A stretch of DNA of 64,000 bases from Octopus vulgaris. Taxonomy: Eukaryota. The stretch is taken from assembly GCA_951406725.2 (NCBI GenBank), contig OX597821.1:62434001-62498000 (forward strand). The letters run 5' to 3'. The position numbers and the translations under genes are program-made. Shown in pieces: positions 1 through 12,691 of this stretch; within the stretch, counting starts at the first letter, position 1, and each line of letters begins with the position of its first letter. Below the pieces are notes generated by a model. It made no database searches. It was not told where the DNA came from and worked only from the letters and a program-made list of their open reading frames with translations.

Positions 1-1007
1 ACTCTTCCTATAGTCAGCAGCTGAAAGTACTATTCTTTTTTTATTTCTACAATGCCATGAAGAAAACAATGCAACAGAGAGACACCAAACAAGTCATTCG
101 CTTAATTCAATCTATGTGCAAAAATCTCTATGCAATTGCCTTTTTTTTGCAATTTCAGCAGTTTTCTTTTTTTTTAATGCAAACTGGATGAGTCGTATTC
201 CGAAAACACTGTCTCTTACCTTACTCTTTCTTTCCGTCTCTGCTGTTTTCTCAATTTTCTTTGTCGGTTCCTCTTCGTTCTTTCGTCTTCAGTTGGCTGC
301 TGAAACATCAGCTACTTCATGTAAAATTTTCGAGAATTTGTCATACCTGTTTTGCTTCGCTTCGTCTTGTTTTCTTTATTGCTTTTATTTGCTTTCTACA
401 TTTAAATGAACATGACAAATCCTCTCTACTTCTGTAAGAATTTCTGATCTATGCTTTTTATTCGTTAAATTCCAAGTTCTACTAATTCAACAACGTTTGT
501 AGCATCCTGCTACGTCATTTAGCTTCAGCTTTGTAGCTGATCATTAAATATCGTAATAATGTTGTTTGGTTTATGACCCTTTAAATTTTATTTGAAACTC
601 TTAAAGTATATTGATTTTTGACTTCCAGGCATCAAACCAAAGTGTCGCTGAAAGAACCAATGCTAACTAAATTAAATATAGTACTAGTATATAAGAAGTA
701 CTATATCCATTCCAATCGAAAGTTATTGGAAGCTGAAATCTTTTCCATGTTTCAGCCATTGGACTGCGGTCACACTGGTGCACCAAATTCAAGGTTTTGA
801 ATAGTACAAACTGACCATAGGACTTAATTTTTAAAGCCTAGTACTTATCATATCATTCCCTTTTCCCGAACCGCTACGTTATGGAAACGTAAACACACCA
901 ACACCGGTTGACAAGCGGTCATGCATGTCAAACAGACATAAAGACATACACACATTGATATATTCATATATATAATACATGTATGAATATATATAGTATA
1001 TATGTAT

Positions 1008-1210
1008 GTGACCTCGTGTGTACCGTTGGCGATTTTTTTCCTCTGTCTTCCCTTCTTTGGATCTTTCCTTTTCCTATGTTTCTGACGAAGAGCTCCGCTC
1101 GAAACGTTAAACCCTCCTTCTTTTCTTCTTTCCTGAGCTTCCAATAATACTATACTTGTTCCACGTCCTCGTGTTGTGTTTTCTCTTTGTGTTTTCATGT
1201 TTGGATTAAC
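1008..1210 (+). mobile_element. Short hammerhead-motif-bearing repeat (Penelope pLTR/retrozyme-like), family H1
   Basis: A second copy lies on the minus strand at 26320-26502. Ends in ...ttggattaac(TA)n and carries CTGACGA-A-GAGC-tcc-GCTC-GAAAC. Confidence 0.7.
1078..1112 (+). ncRNA. Minimal type-I hammerhead ribozyme-like motif
   Basis: gttt|CTGACGA|A|GAGC tcc GCTC|GAAA CGT T|aaac: intact CUGANGA and GAAA boxes, 4-bp stem II, stem I gttt/aaac, and a palindromic ACGT stem III (dimer type). Confidence 0.6.
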
Positions 1211-1740
1211 TATATATATATATACGACGGACTTATTTTAGTTTCCGTCTTCCAGATTCATTCACAAGTCTTTTGGCCTACCCGAGGGTAATTCACAAGG
1301 CTTTGGTCTACCAGAGGCTATAGTAGAAGACTCTTACTCAAAGTTCCACGTAGTGAGACTGAACCCGGAAAAAACGTGGTTGGAAAGCTAACTTGTTACC
1401 ACATAGCCACTCCTGCACCTATAAAATATAGACCAGATAAAGTAAATTATTTGATCTTTATATTTCGAAGCTCAACAATTATCACTCCTTTCGAAGTTTT
1501 AACTACTTCAAAAATATTGGTGGTTTATTGTTTATTCACTTATTTTTCACTACTAGTGTACTTTATTCTCTTCCAGAAATACATTAATTTACAATGAACA
1601 TCCTATTCTCCAGTGTTGTTATAAAGTGATTTTGAGCATGTTTATTTTCTTTACTTTACGAACATTAATTGTTTTTATTATTATTCTATTTTTATTATCA
1701 TTTATTATTCTCTTCAGTTATCTATGTCATGTCTCACCTA

Positions 1741-1791
1741 CATCCGTCCGTCCATCCATCTAAATGTCCATCCATCCATCCATCCATCCAT

Positions 1792-1831
<40 letters not shown>

Positions 1832-1906
1832 ACAGCCATCCGACCATCAGCCCTCATCGTCATTGTCGTCGTCCTCCTCCTCCTCCTCATCATCATCACC
1901 ATCACC

Positions 1907-1938
<32 letters not shown>

Positions 1939-1949
1939 CATCATCATCG

Positions 1950-1982
<33 letters not shown>

Positions 1983-2167
1983 CCATCATCACCATCATCA
2001 CCACCATCATCCCCATCCCCATCACCATCACCATTATCATCACCATCACCATCACCATCCTCATCATCGGGATCAGCACCATCATTCCCATCCTCATCCT
2101 CATCCTCATTATTGTTATTGTTATATATATAATAATAATAATGATAATAATAATAATGATAATTATA

Positions 2168-2200
<33 letters not shown>

Positions 2201-2325
2201 ATTATTATTATTATCATTATTATTATTATCATTATTATTATTATCATTATTATTATTATCATTATTATTATTATTGTTGTTGTTGTTGTTGTTGCTATTA
2301 TTATCATTATTATTGTTATCATTAT
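1741..2325. repeat. Compound microsatellite (CATC)n-(CCAG)n-(CAT/CAC)n-(AAT)n-(TAT)n-(TGT)n
   Basis: Directly visible; it explains the poly-H/I/S/D ORFs at 1669-2368. Confidence 0.95.
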
Positions 2326-3707
2326 TTCCACTAGCAAGCATAATTACTGTTTGATTATTTGTTTATAAAATCAGCTTTAACGAAGAGTGATCGGAATTTC
2401 TCCGGATATATGCCTATGTATACGCCATATTGTTTGTAAGTATTTATTCATACGTGATTATGCTTATGTACGTATGCGTACGTGCATCTGCATATGTGTC
2501 TGTAGCATGCTGCATATATTTATTCTTCATGGAACATAAAAGTAAGGATGATAATGCATTTCTATTGATGCATTAGAATAAATGGAACCATTTAGTTGTC
2601 GATCTTTCCGGGACAGTATATAAAAATAATATATGAAATGCATTAATAGACACATTAACTAGAAAGTATTTTTCTTTTCCTTCTACTCAGTAAGAAATCT
2701 GCTGGTATAACATTAATAGAGCAATGTATTTAATGAAGAATTACAGAAAGAATGTCAGTGTTTCACTCACTGAAAAAACCTCCACACTATATATGTATAT
2801 ATGTATGTGTGATTGTATGTATTTGTGACTATATGTGTACGTGAAAGCATTAGTGTGGACGCATTTCATGCTGAGTACGTTGAAGATTGCTTTCGCACAC
2901 CTTTCATTCTAAAAAAAGTCTAAATGGTTTGTTTTTTGTTCGTTTGCTATTAACCTTTTTTCTCATTTGAAACCAAATTGGAAAGAAAAAAAAAAGCGAG
3001 GAGAATACAGAAATTTGATGATTATTTTTCAACTTTTTGATATAATAAAATATGTTGAAGCTAATACTTTTGAAATGGAGCAAGCCATTGTAAATTGGTG
3101 TGCTACGTCAATCAACCTTGACATGTAACGCCAAACAAACGTTGTTGAGATTTTGTTCCATGAATAAAATGCGTAAACATTTCGTTGAACATAAATCTCA
3201 TTTATTAAGAATCGTGTACAGAATATCTAAAAGGCAATTATGATCACATTATGAACCTAAAAGGTATCTAGTGTTATGTGTTCGCTCATAAATTCCCGTA
3301 TCAAAAAACAACAACCCGCATACATGCAGACATAATTACAGTAATTTGCTTTGGTTTATGATTCATGGTATATCCTAGCTCAGAATTAAAAGCCTATACT
3401 AATTGCGGACAAGTTTATGGTTATTTTTTCTTAAAGCTTCATCTATTTACCCACATCTTTTGCGTCATAATAAATTACATGCAAAAAACAGGAATGAAAT
3501 CGATGGGAATAAGATATAGGAAGAAATATACGTATAATGTATATACAACTTTCAATGCTATTTTCTTTCGTTCTCAATAACGTTACCTCAGGTAAAAGGA
3601 GGACACCAGTTATTTCTGTATATCATTCCAACTTTCTTGAAGGAGAAACATATTAAAAAAATACACACACAAAATACCACGTATTCCTTTAGTATTGTTT
3701 TATTGCA

Positions 3708-3768
<61 letters not shown>

Positions 3769-3800
3769 CATACATACATGCATATACATACATACATACA

Positions 3801-3828
<28 letters not shown>

Positions 3829-3835
<7 letters not shown>

Positions 3836-4025
3836 ATATGTATGTATGTATATATGTATCTGTCCATATATCTCTGTATCTTTATACACTCACTCATATC
3901 GATACATACATACATACATGCATATATATATATATGCATGTATGTATGTATATATATATATATATCTGTATGTATGTATATATATATATATATATATCAC
4001 TCATATCGATACATACATACATACA

Positions 4026-4057
<32 letters not shown>

Positions 4058-4261
4058 GCATGTATGTATGTATGTATCGATATGAGTGATATATATATAT
4101 ATATATATACATACATACAGATATATATATATATATATACATACATACATGCATATATATATATATATGCATGTATGTATGTATGTATCGATATGAGTGA
4201 GTGTATAAAGATACAGAGATATATGGACAGATACATATATACATACATACATATAGATATA
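3829..4261. repeat. ~430-bp palindrome (foldback duplication) centred on an (AT)n tract
   Basis: Left arm ...gtatctgtccatatatctctgtatctttatacactcactcatatcgatac... is mirrored by ...gtatcgatatgagtgagtgtataaagatacagagatatatggacagatac...; the spacer is (AT)n at 4029-4057. Confidence 0.9.
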
Positions 4262-4374
4262 GATATATACATATAGATATGAATATGCATGTATATCTAT
4301 ACATATATATGCTTATATATATACACCACACGTACACACATATATTTATATATATAAATATATATATATATATA

Positions 4375-4785
4375 TGAAAACATCGTTGTCTTTGTCTGCC
4401 GAAAAGGCATTTTTTTCCAAATACGCCAGCTAAACTTGTTCTACTGTTTATTAGTCGTAAGACACCCGCTGTTTTCGTCCTGTTTTACCATTATTGTTTT
4501 TTCTATTTCATTATTGCTTTTTGTATTTTATATTCGTGTGGCAACGTCCGTTTTTCTGTCCCTGTTTCGTATACATTCGATCCTTCTTCCAAGAAATCTA
4601 ATGCTCGTAGCTTAGTTTTTCCTTGGGGCTGGCCGGATCGGAGCGATCTCAAGATTAATCAGCCGAAATTGCTACGATGATCCGGTTCTCGACTGAAGAT
4701 TGAAGGCTTCGAATGTCCCGTCTATGTTTTTTGTATCGTCTTCTAAATGTTTTACGTTCTTGTCCCAGTTTGTATTTTTCTACAT
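4375..4785 (+). mobile_element. Interspersed repeat family H2 (T-rich 3' end running into (TA)n; degenerate hammerhead-like core)
   Basis: Homologous to 39625-39962 (shared tttcgtatacattcg, tctaatgctc.tagcttagttttt, cagccg.aattgc, CTGAnGA...GAA). Confidence 0.7.
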
Positions 4786-4806
4786 ATAATATACATATAT
4801 ATATAT

Positions 4807-4877
<71 letters not shown>

Positions 4878-6145
4878 CATACATTCTTATCTATCTATAT
4901 CTATCTACATATCTATGTATATTCATATACACACATACACATATGTTTGTACGGCAGGGGTAGGGTCTAATCCATTTATTTGTCATAGGCACCTATTAAT
5001 AAAAAGCACTCAAATGAAAGGACAACAGTGGAAGCGAGAGTATCATGGAACCACTTTTAGGAGCCGCTATTTGGCTAATCATACGGTTGGAATCACAAAT
5101 CACATACTCATCAAATAAGCTAAATATACTCCTAAAATAGAAAATGTGTTGATTCAATTTTGGCCTTGATATATGTAGGTAAAGAAGGCATCGGGGTAAA
5201 TTTCTTCGATTATATGTCTTTTTTTTTTGTTTTGACACAAGTTACAGGAACATCTACTGAGTAAATAGTGTACACATTTCCACACATCCTATCTAACTGT
5301 TCAATATGTTTTGTAGGCCATTATTGTCGATCTTATGCAATGTTAGCATTCAATGCAAGGAAGAAAAGTTTTGTGTTTGTAATTATTAACAAACAGTATT
5401 ATTTTCTGTTACACAAAATAAATAAACAAATAAATAAATAAAATTATTGATATGGTCGCAGCGTTCGTTACAAAGCCTCTTAGACAAATGATCTGAGAAG
5501 ACCGCAATAATCACGCACAAGCCAACTCATAGAAAGGTCAGCAACCTAAGAAATGAAGAGGCGATCTTCAAACGATTCAAACCATTGCTTAAAGGCCACT
5601 AGATGAATCGCTATGTTTATTGATTGAGTGAACGTGGTATTTACCACTTGGCTTGTGACAGCCGCTTCTTTCGCTCATAACATTTTGTTTCTATGAGATT
5701 TTTCTATCCACGAATACATTCTTCTATGGGGTGGCAAATGCAATAAAGTATGTTCTGTTATTTTACCTGCCTTATATTGTATTAGATCTCCATATATATG
5801 TGGGCAAATATCTATCTACTTAAGTAGCATTATGTATTAATATAAATAGTGCTATTAAGATTTTAATGATTGTTTAAATGTTAGAAATATATTATCCGTA
5901 AGCATACATTAAGGGGAAAAATAATAGTTGACAGACTGCCCTATGTATTTGCTTCAAAATCTCGCTAAATTAACTCGTTTCTCGGTAAGATATGCGTGAT
6001 TCCATTCTCGGGCTTCGTTGTAAGCTCGTCGATTCCAATTCATCGTGTTGAAGCAATTAATTTTTTGTTTAAAATAGATGCATGCACACATATAGCTTTA
6101 TACTCATATTCAACCACTCATATATATATTTAAACATATATATAT

Positions 6146-6234
<89 letters not shown>

Positions 6235-6261
6235 TATATATATGCATATTTATATATATAA

Positions 6262-6298
<37 letters not shown>

Positions 6299-7286
6299 TG
6301 TATGGACATATATACGAATGATAATTGTGCATGAATATATGCATATGTATGAATGTATATGAGTAAGAATGTATATATTAATGTGTGTATGTGTGTGTGT
6401 GTGCGTACATTCATATATACGGAATTTCTTCGAATAATGGCTAATAGATCTATAACTCAGCATAAATGTTACATCGTGATTTAGATAATATCCAATGAAG
6501 ATGTACAGATATATTTCTGTTGTTTCCATGGCAATTTTTATCAACATACGCTTATCATTCAACAAATCAGCTTTATCTATTTCACTTGCTGAAGAAATTA
6601 TTGAGTTCTTGCAAAAATACAATAAAGAATCACAACATCAACAGGATACAGTTTCTAACAATGTATTGTAATGTCATTAATCGACAAAGCTCAATATATC
6701 TTAAATATATAGACTAAAGAATTTCAGGAAACAAGTATAATGTTTCTCATTAAAATAAACATTAATGAAATAGCAGAGGCATTAATAATTTATTCTATGA
6801 GATTGAAAGATTTTACAAATATTCACACACTTTATATATACGCTTTAATTATCATTTCCAAGAGGGTTATTACTGTTACTATTGCTACATATAATTTACC
6901 AGATATTGATTTATAATGTAGGAACCAATTGCTGAGGTTTTTAAATTAATATCACTACTTTCTTGTATAGGTTAAATAACTGCCCCAGCATGACCGCAGC
7001 TGATTTGATGCAACTAATAAAGGATTCAAATATGAGGTATCATATTCAAACTCTTATTTCTTTATTAGAATTTGCAGTATTCTTCTTTCTGAGAGAAGAA
7101 TAATTTTTTGCTTTTATGTTAATGTTGAATTGATATGCTTAAGAGTTTTGGAGATAATTTTGGAATAGAAAGAATACTCATATAGGTACAGAATGATTGT
7201 GAGTTATGGAAATTTTATCTTAAATCACAGAAACATATGGTATTGCATGACACGGAGCCGAGTATGTGTGTGTATGTGAGTGTGTT

Positions 7287-7344
<58 letters not shown>

Positions 7345-7376
7345 ACCTTCAAAGCAAAAGTGTGGTGGAATTTCAC

Positions 7377-7577
7377 GCGAAATGCTTAACAGTATTTCGT
7401 CAGCCGTTACGTTGTGAGTTCAAATTCCGCCGAGGTCGACTTTACCTTTCATCCTTTCGGGGTCGATAAATTAAGTACCAGTTACGCACTGGGGTCGATG
7501 TAATCGACTTAATACCTATGTCTGTCCTTGTTTGTCCCCTCTGTGTTTAGCCCCTTGTGGGTAAAAAAGAAATAGGT
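7377..7577 (+). mobile_element. tRNA-derived SINE family A (5'-truncated)
   Basis: gagttcaaattccgccgaggtcgacttt.cctttcatcctttcggggtcgataaattaagtaccagt...; matches the full copy at 56292-56507. Confidence 0.9.
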
Positions 7578-7954
7578 ACTACTTCTCCGGGCCAGAATGG
7601 ACCTGTTAACAATAGTGACTTAGCATTGACTCAAGAGCTAAACATTTCTATACGGGCTCTCCTCTATTGAATGCAGTTCAAAATCTAAACCAATGCTTCT
7701 GCTGTTATGAATGTAAATACAAGGAAAGAGAGACTTCACTGACTGTTCTTACATGAGCTGGAATTCATGTTAATACGCTGAAAAAACGCCCATAATCATT
7801 CGTTGAAACTTGCTGCCACCAAGTAATTTAAAGTTGTACCCGAAAATCGGAGCAATATCGGAAAACACACTTTGATAGCAATTTCAAAGCGCTGACAGAC
7901 TAGATTCTTGCTCTTCCATTTTTGAATATTATTATTACCATCGTAAAATATTAG

Positions 7955-8141
7955 TTTCAAAGTTTGGCTCAAGGCCGGCAATTTCGTGGGAGTGGGTGAA
8001 ACGATAACATCAACCCCAGTGTTCAACTGGTTATTATTTTATTGGTCTCGAAAGGACGAAAAGGAAAGTCTACCACAGCGAATTGTGAACTAAGAACGTA
8101 AGGACGGGTGAAACGTGCTAACGGTCCTGCCAGCTCACCGC
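7955..8141 (-). mobile_element. SINE family A, diverged copy
   Basis: Reverse complement begins gcggtgagctggcaggaccgttagcacg and contains the cctttcg...ccagttgaacactggggttgatg core. Confidence 0.7.
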
Positions 8142-9015
8142 ATTTCCATCGCAAAATATTAATACTTGTAGGAGGTAAAACGGATCCTTCGATATAGGTT
8201 AGAAACCAGTATTTTCCCCATCGGCAAGAAATCTTGTAATAAACTGAATAATGACACATACACACAAACACACATACACACACACACATAGATATTTAGA
8301 TTATAAAATGTCAGGAGGTATCTGAGAATATATGTGTTTCCCCTGTTGACATTAGTAGCATGAAAACCGTTTTGCAAGCCTTCATCATCTCATTTTTGCT
8401 GTGTAATAAATTATTTCATTTTACAGGTTTGCTTCAATATGCATGTTATACATTGCACAACTCTAGAAAGCTAGCTCCTCTGATCGCCGTAACATCATGG
8501 TTACACCAATTTCTTATGTCTGCCAGATGCATACAAATATAAAGGTTCATTGTTTATCATACTTCAATCTGATAAGCTGGCCTTCTATTCGTGCATTAAA
8601 TTGAAAATGTACAATAGTACTTTATAAATAGTATAACAATCATATCAATGCAGGTATGTAAACTAAAATAATTTATTATACACTAAAATGAATATTTCTT
8701 GATTAAGGCTGCGAAACGATCGCCATGCTACGGATATTAAGTCATGATATAAATAAATTCATCTGTACTAATGTACTTCCCGTAAAAAGAACTTTCTAGA
8801 ATGGATAAACTGGATATCAACTGCATGGGATTCGGCATTACACTCCACGGTATTGAATTACTCTGTCGTATGTAGCCGGATCCATTTAAAACATCTTTAT
8901 TGTTATTGCTACAGGATTCTAAGAATCCATATATTGCACGGCATACATATGTGTGTATGCGTATATACATTCGCGTAATGTGTGTGTATGTATATATCTA
9001 AATATATATGTATAA

Positions 9016-9052
<37 letters not shown>

Positions 9053-9130
9053 AATGTGTATATAAGTGTATATACATGTATATATACATATATATATATG
9101 TATATATATATATACACATATAAACATATA

Positions 9131-9174
<44 letters not shown>

Positions 9175-9224
9175 TACATATATAAATAGATATATATGTA
9201 TGTATATGAATATGTATATTTGTG

Positions 9225-9414
9225 TTAGCCACTACACACATTTTTTTTTTCTCTCCTTGTCTCTCTCCTTGTTTTTTCTGTGTACCTTTCTGTAGAAGAG
9301 CGTATGCTCGAAACGTAACAGACTTTTTCTATTCCTGAGCGCTATACAAATACATCTGTTTGTTTTCTACACCACCTGTCTTCGTCTTTTGTTTATTTTC
9401 GTAAACATTCCCTT

Positions 9415-9415
<1 letters not shown>
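9225..9415 (+). mobile_element. Short hammerhead-motif-bearing repeat, H1-related subfamily
   Basis: cttt|CTGTAGA|A|GAGC gtat GCTC|GAAA CGT A|acag at 9286-9321, followed by ttcctgagc as in H1; ends in (TA)n(CA)n. Confidence 0.6.
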
Positions 9416-9467
<52 letters not shown>

Positions 9468-9913
9468 GCGTGTGTGTGTTTATACATATACATGCACAGT
9501 CAAAAACACACACAATCACACACACAAACTCACATACATATACATGAATATACATTTATACAATGAAATAACCGCCTCTCGTTAACAATGTCAACAATGT
9601 TGCTAAGGGAAAATAACTCAGTGAAGCGTTCTGCATACTAAATATATATACGATGGGAACTTCCCATATGTGATACTGTGAGTCAAAAAAAAATTTCGAT
9701 AAATCGATAGTTTCTAAGCAATTGCAACAGAACATTCCGTTAAAAAAATCATGAAATTCTTGATACCCGACATATTTCAATAAGATGCCATAAGGATAAT
9801 TTCGTCTATTATTGTAAAGCAATATTTGATTCTCTTTCTTGCATCATAGTTCATTACTTTAAAAAAATAATCCTAATCTGACCACACAAACTCTTACATC
9901 TATGCACACACAC

Positions 9914-9971
<58 letters not shown>

Positions 9972-10006
9972 ATCTATATATGGCTTTATCTCTCATTCTG
10001 TCTCTC

Positions 10007-10048
<42 letters not shown>

Positions 10049-10769
10049 CATACAAACTGACGTACCCGGTAGTTCCCGAGAAAGCAGGGCTTATTTCTTG
10101 GTTCCGTTCTCAGAATTGTTTCGCTAATCCAATAACAACAATATAGGGTAAGTAGCCCTTACAACGGTTTTTGTGCATTTACGGAGAATACCGAACTGTC
10201 TTTATAAAAATATCTTGTTTTTAGGAATACCCAAATTGTGAAGTCAATTATGTAAGCACATGAAATTAGTAACCTGATTGTAAGAATTCAAATAAAGTAG
10301 CCCTGAAAAAGGCTTCAATGTGTTCCCAAAGTATATAGAACAAAGAAGAAAATACTAATTAGGTATGTATACAAAACTCGTGAAGCATGTTACGTAATAA
10401 CACGTTAATCACATATGAGATAATAACAATTCAAAGTAAATAACTCTGAAAATGGCTTTTGTGCGTTCCCAGAGAATATTATCATCAGGGCCGCTAGTGT
10501 TTGTATATTCCTGAATAAGTCACCAACCGAAATAAGTAGATCTATCGTTTAGGAAAAAAATATTTACGTGTTTAAGTTTTGTACAGGATAAATTGCAAAA
10601 ATATCTCATGTTTGTGTTTCTCGTTTTACCTTTATTAAAAGACTGCGCTGTTTGGATTTTTTTTTACTTACCTACGAATTTTATCAGGACTGCAAGGGAA
10701 TTCAGAATACATTGTTTCGTTCCTTTTTTTTTTAGGAAAACTAAATTCTGAAAAAGTAAATGAAATATT

Positions 10770-12450
10770 ATGAAAATGCCAACAAGACTTCCCTCTTGGA
10801 ATGGCGGACCAGCAAATCAAGAGGATGAAACACATCCCACCACAAAACACCTCGGCAATAGTACTACCCAGTTAGCTGAAGTAGCAACAGTATCGACAAT
10901 AACAGTAACAATAATAGGGGCAACAGTAGTAGAGGTAAGAACAGTAGTAGCGTGACCAACAATATGTAAAACAAAATACTGTTGCCCCATGCACAGAATT
11001 GCAAACCAGAGAAAACTATCTATTACCGTAGTTATCACTACAATATCAATCAATAATATATAATGACAGCAGCAACAACGTTGAAAGTAGTAACACATGT
11101 ATCAACAGCAGCAGCAGCCGTCCAAGAATTTGACCTGGAGGTCTCCATTTCCAGCGACTTCGAGGGCCACCTCCCAGTGGTGTCGGGCGTCAACGAAGAG
11201 CCCTTGACTATAACAAGACCCTAGACCATCACCTAATCACCCTTACCCGTCTTGTTGCTTAACAACAGCAACAACAACAACAACAACAGCAGCAGGAGCA
11301 GCAACTGTGAATGACAGCATGTTTGATGGTGTGGCAAAATCTCTGACCTGGTATCACTTTACAAAAAAAAGGAACACATAGCAAATGCAGGAATACTGAC
11401 AGAAAGGAAAGTTACACTCACCAAAGAAGGTGAGCCTTTAATATGGACAAAACGAAAAACCATTATGTATAAATATTAAAAAGTGACAGACGGGATTGTA
11501 TATTGCCAAATAAGGTTGAACCTGGCTTAAAAAACATATTTTTTGACAATCACAAACTCGTTTTGCCTTCAAACACGTAATTTTTTACTGGCCTAGATGC
11601 ACTCATTCGTCCCATTTAGAATTGGTGTGAATCTATCTGGGTAGGAGAGAATCCCGGGGAAAAATTTCGAACATAAGCTTCGAATGGGTAGCAACATGTG
11701 GATACTGGAGGAACTTAGCATGTTGCTATAGGTAAAACGATTAAGAAAGATATTCCAGAGCCTAATTCAGATAAAATCCGAAACACTGGATAGGTTTTGT
11801 AAATCAATAAAAATCCAAAGAGAGCAGTAACTATACGTTGGTAACTGAGTGCTGAAGTCATAGATGCTAGAACTGTGGAATCACCTATCATCTTAAGGAT
11901 TTTATTACAAGCAACAGAATGTGATTGCTGAGAAGGAATCCCTACTACTGCGAAAACCAAAGTACCAACAGAAAGAACAGCTGCAACGGAAAACTCCATA
12001 ATAACAATAATATCATGAATAGAACAAAACTACAAATAACCATAAACATGCCCCATATCGCCTCAGACCATTTCGATTTATCGCGTGGTGAATGTAACTG
12101 GAGAATCTGAAATACTTAAGAGTAACCAACAGAAGGAAGGAGAAAAGAGAACATACCAACATCAGCACGAAAATGGTGCAATATACGAAACTCTGGGAGA
12201 GATGCATTTGTCGAACGATACAGCAACCATACACCGAGCGGCAGCAACCTGACACCGAGTGGCAGCAACAACAGTATTATCAACACCCTCACATATATAT
12301 CATAACCTTCATCACAGATTATACTTGCATTACAAACAGAAACACGATTTAATTCACACAAAGAAAGACAGAACATCTTCAAACAGAAAAAAAAAAAGAA
12401 ATCATTAACTCCACTGGTACGGACATTTGCAACAAAATCTTCATGAATTA
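10770..12450 (+). pseudogene. Possible heavily decayed L1/Tx1-type ORF1 (gag-like zinc knuckle) remnant
   Basis: Around 11830-11902 it translates as YTLVTEC*SHRC*NCGITYHLKDF, resembling VEGRxPxCxxCGxxGHxxxxC. A-rich, coding-like flanks; boundaries uncertain. Confidence 0.3.
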
Positions 12451-12691
12451 CATCAAAATGCAAGTAGCACAAACTATAATTATGCTACATTGACAAATAG
12501 CATACTATCATATAACAATCATTAACACATCAAAAGACGTATACAGAACTTTAAAAAAGAATCAAATACCCCGTCAGAGCAGGAGACACGCAGGAATATT
12601 TACAAATGACTATGGAAAAACAAGCTAAAGTAGATGGCTTTAAAATCTCTGAAAAAGATTCACATAGTAAAAGTACTATACAGTATGTCTG

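Larger units (their letters stand above)
739..1422 (-). mobile_element. tRNA-derived SINE family B (two halves around an internal TA/TG microsatellite), with a nested insertion
   Basis: The reverse complement matches the complete copy at 20428-20872. The 5' half (ataggtgcaggagtggctatgtggtaacaag...ttccgggttcagtctcact...ggaaactaaaataagtccgtcg) lies at 1223-1422 and the 3' half at 739-940. Confidence 0.85.

Noticed and set aside
1-600. Lys/Glu-rich coding-like minus strand
   Set aside because: Multiple stops and no recognisable motif; cannot be assigned.
1669-2368. Long His/Ile/Ser/Asp-rich ORFs in several frames
   Set aside because: They are read-throughs of stop-free microsatellites, open on both strands, with no domain content.
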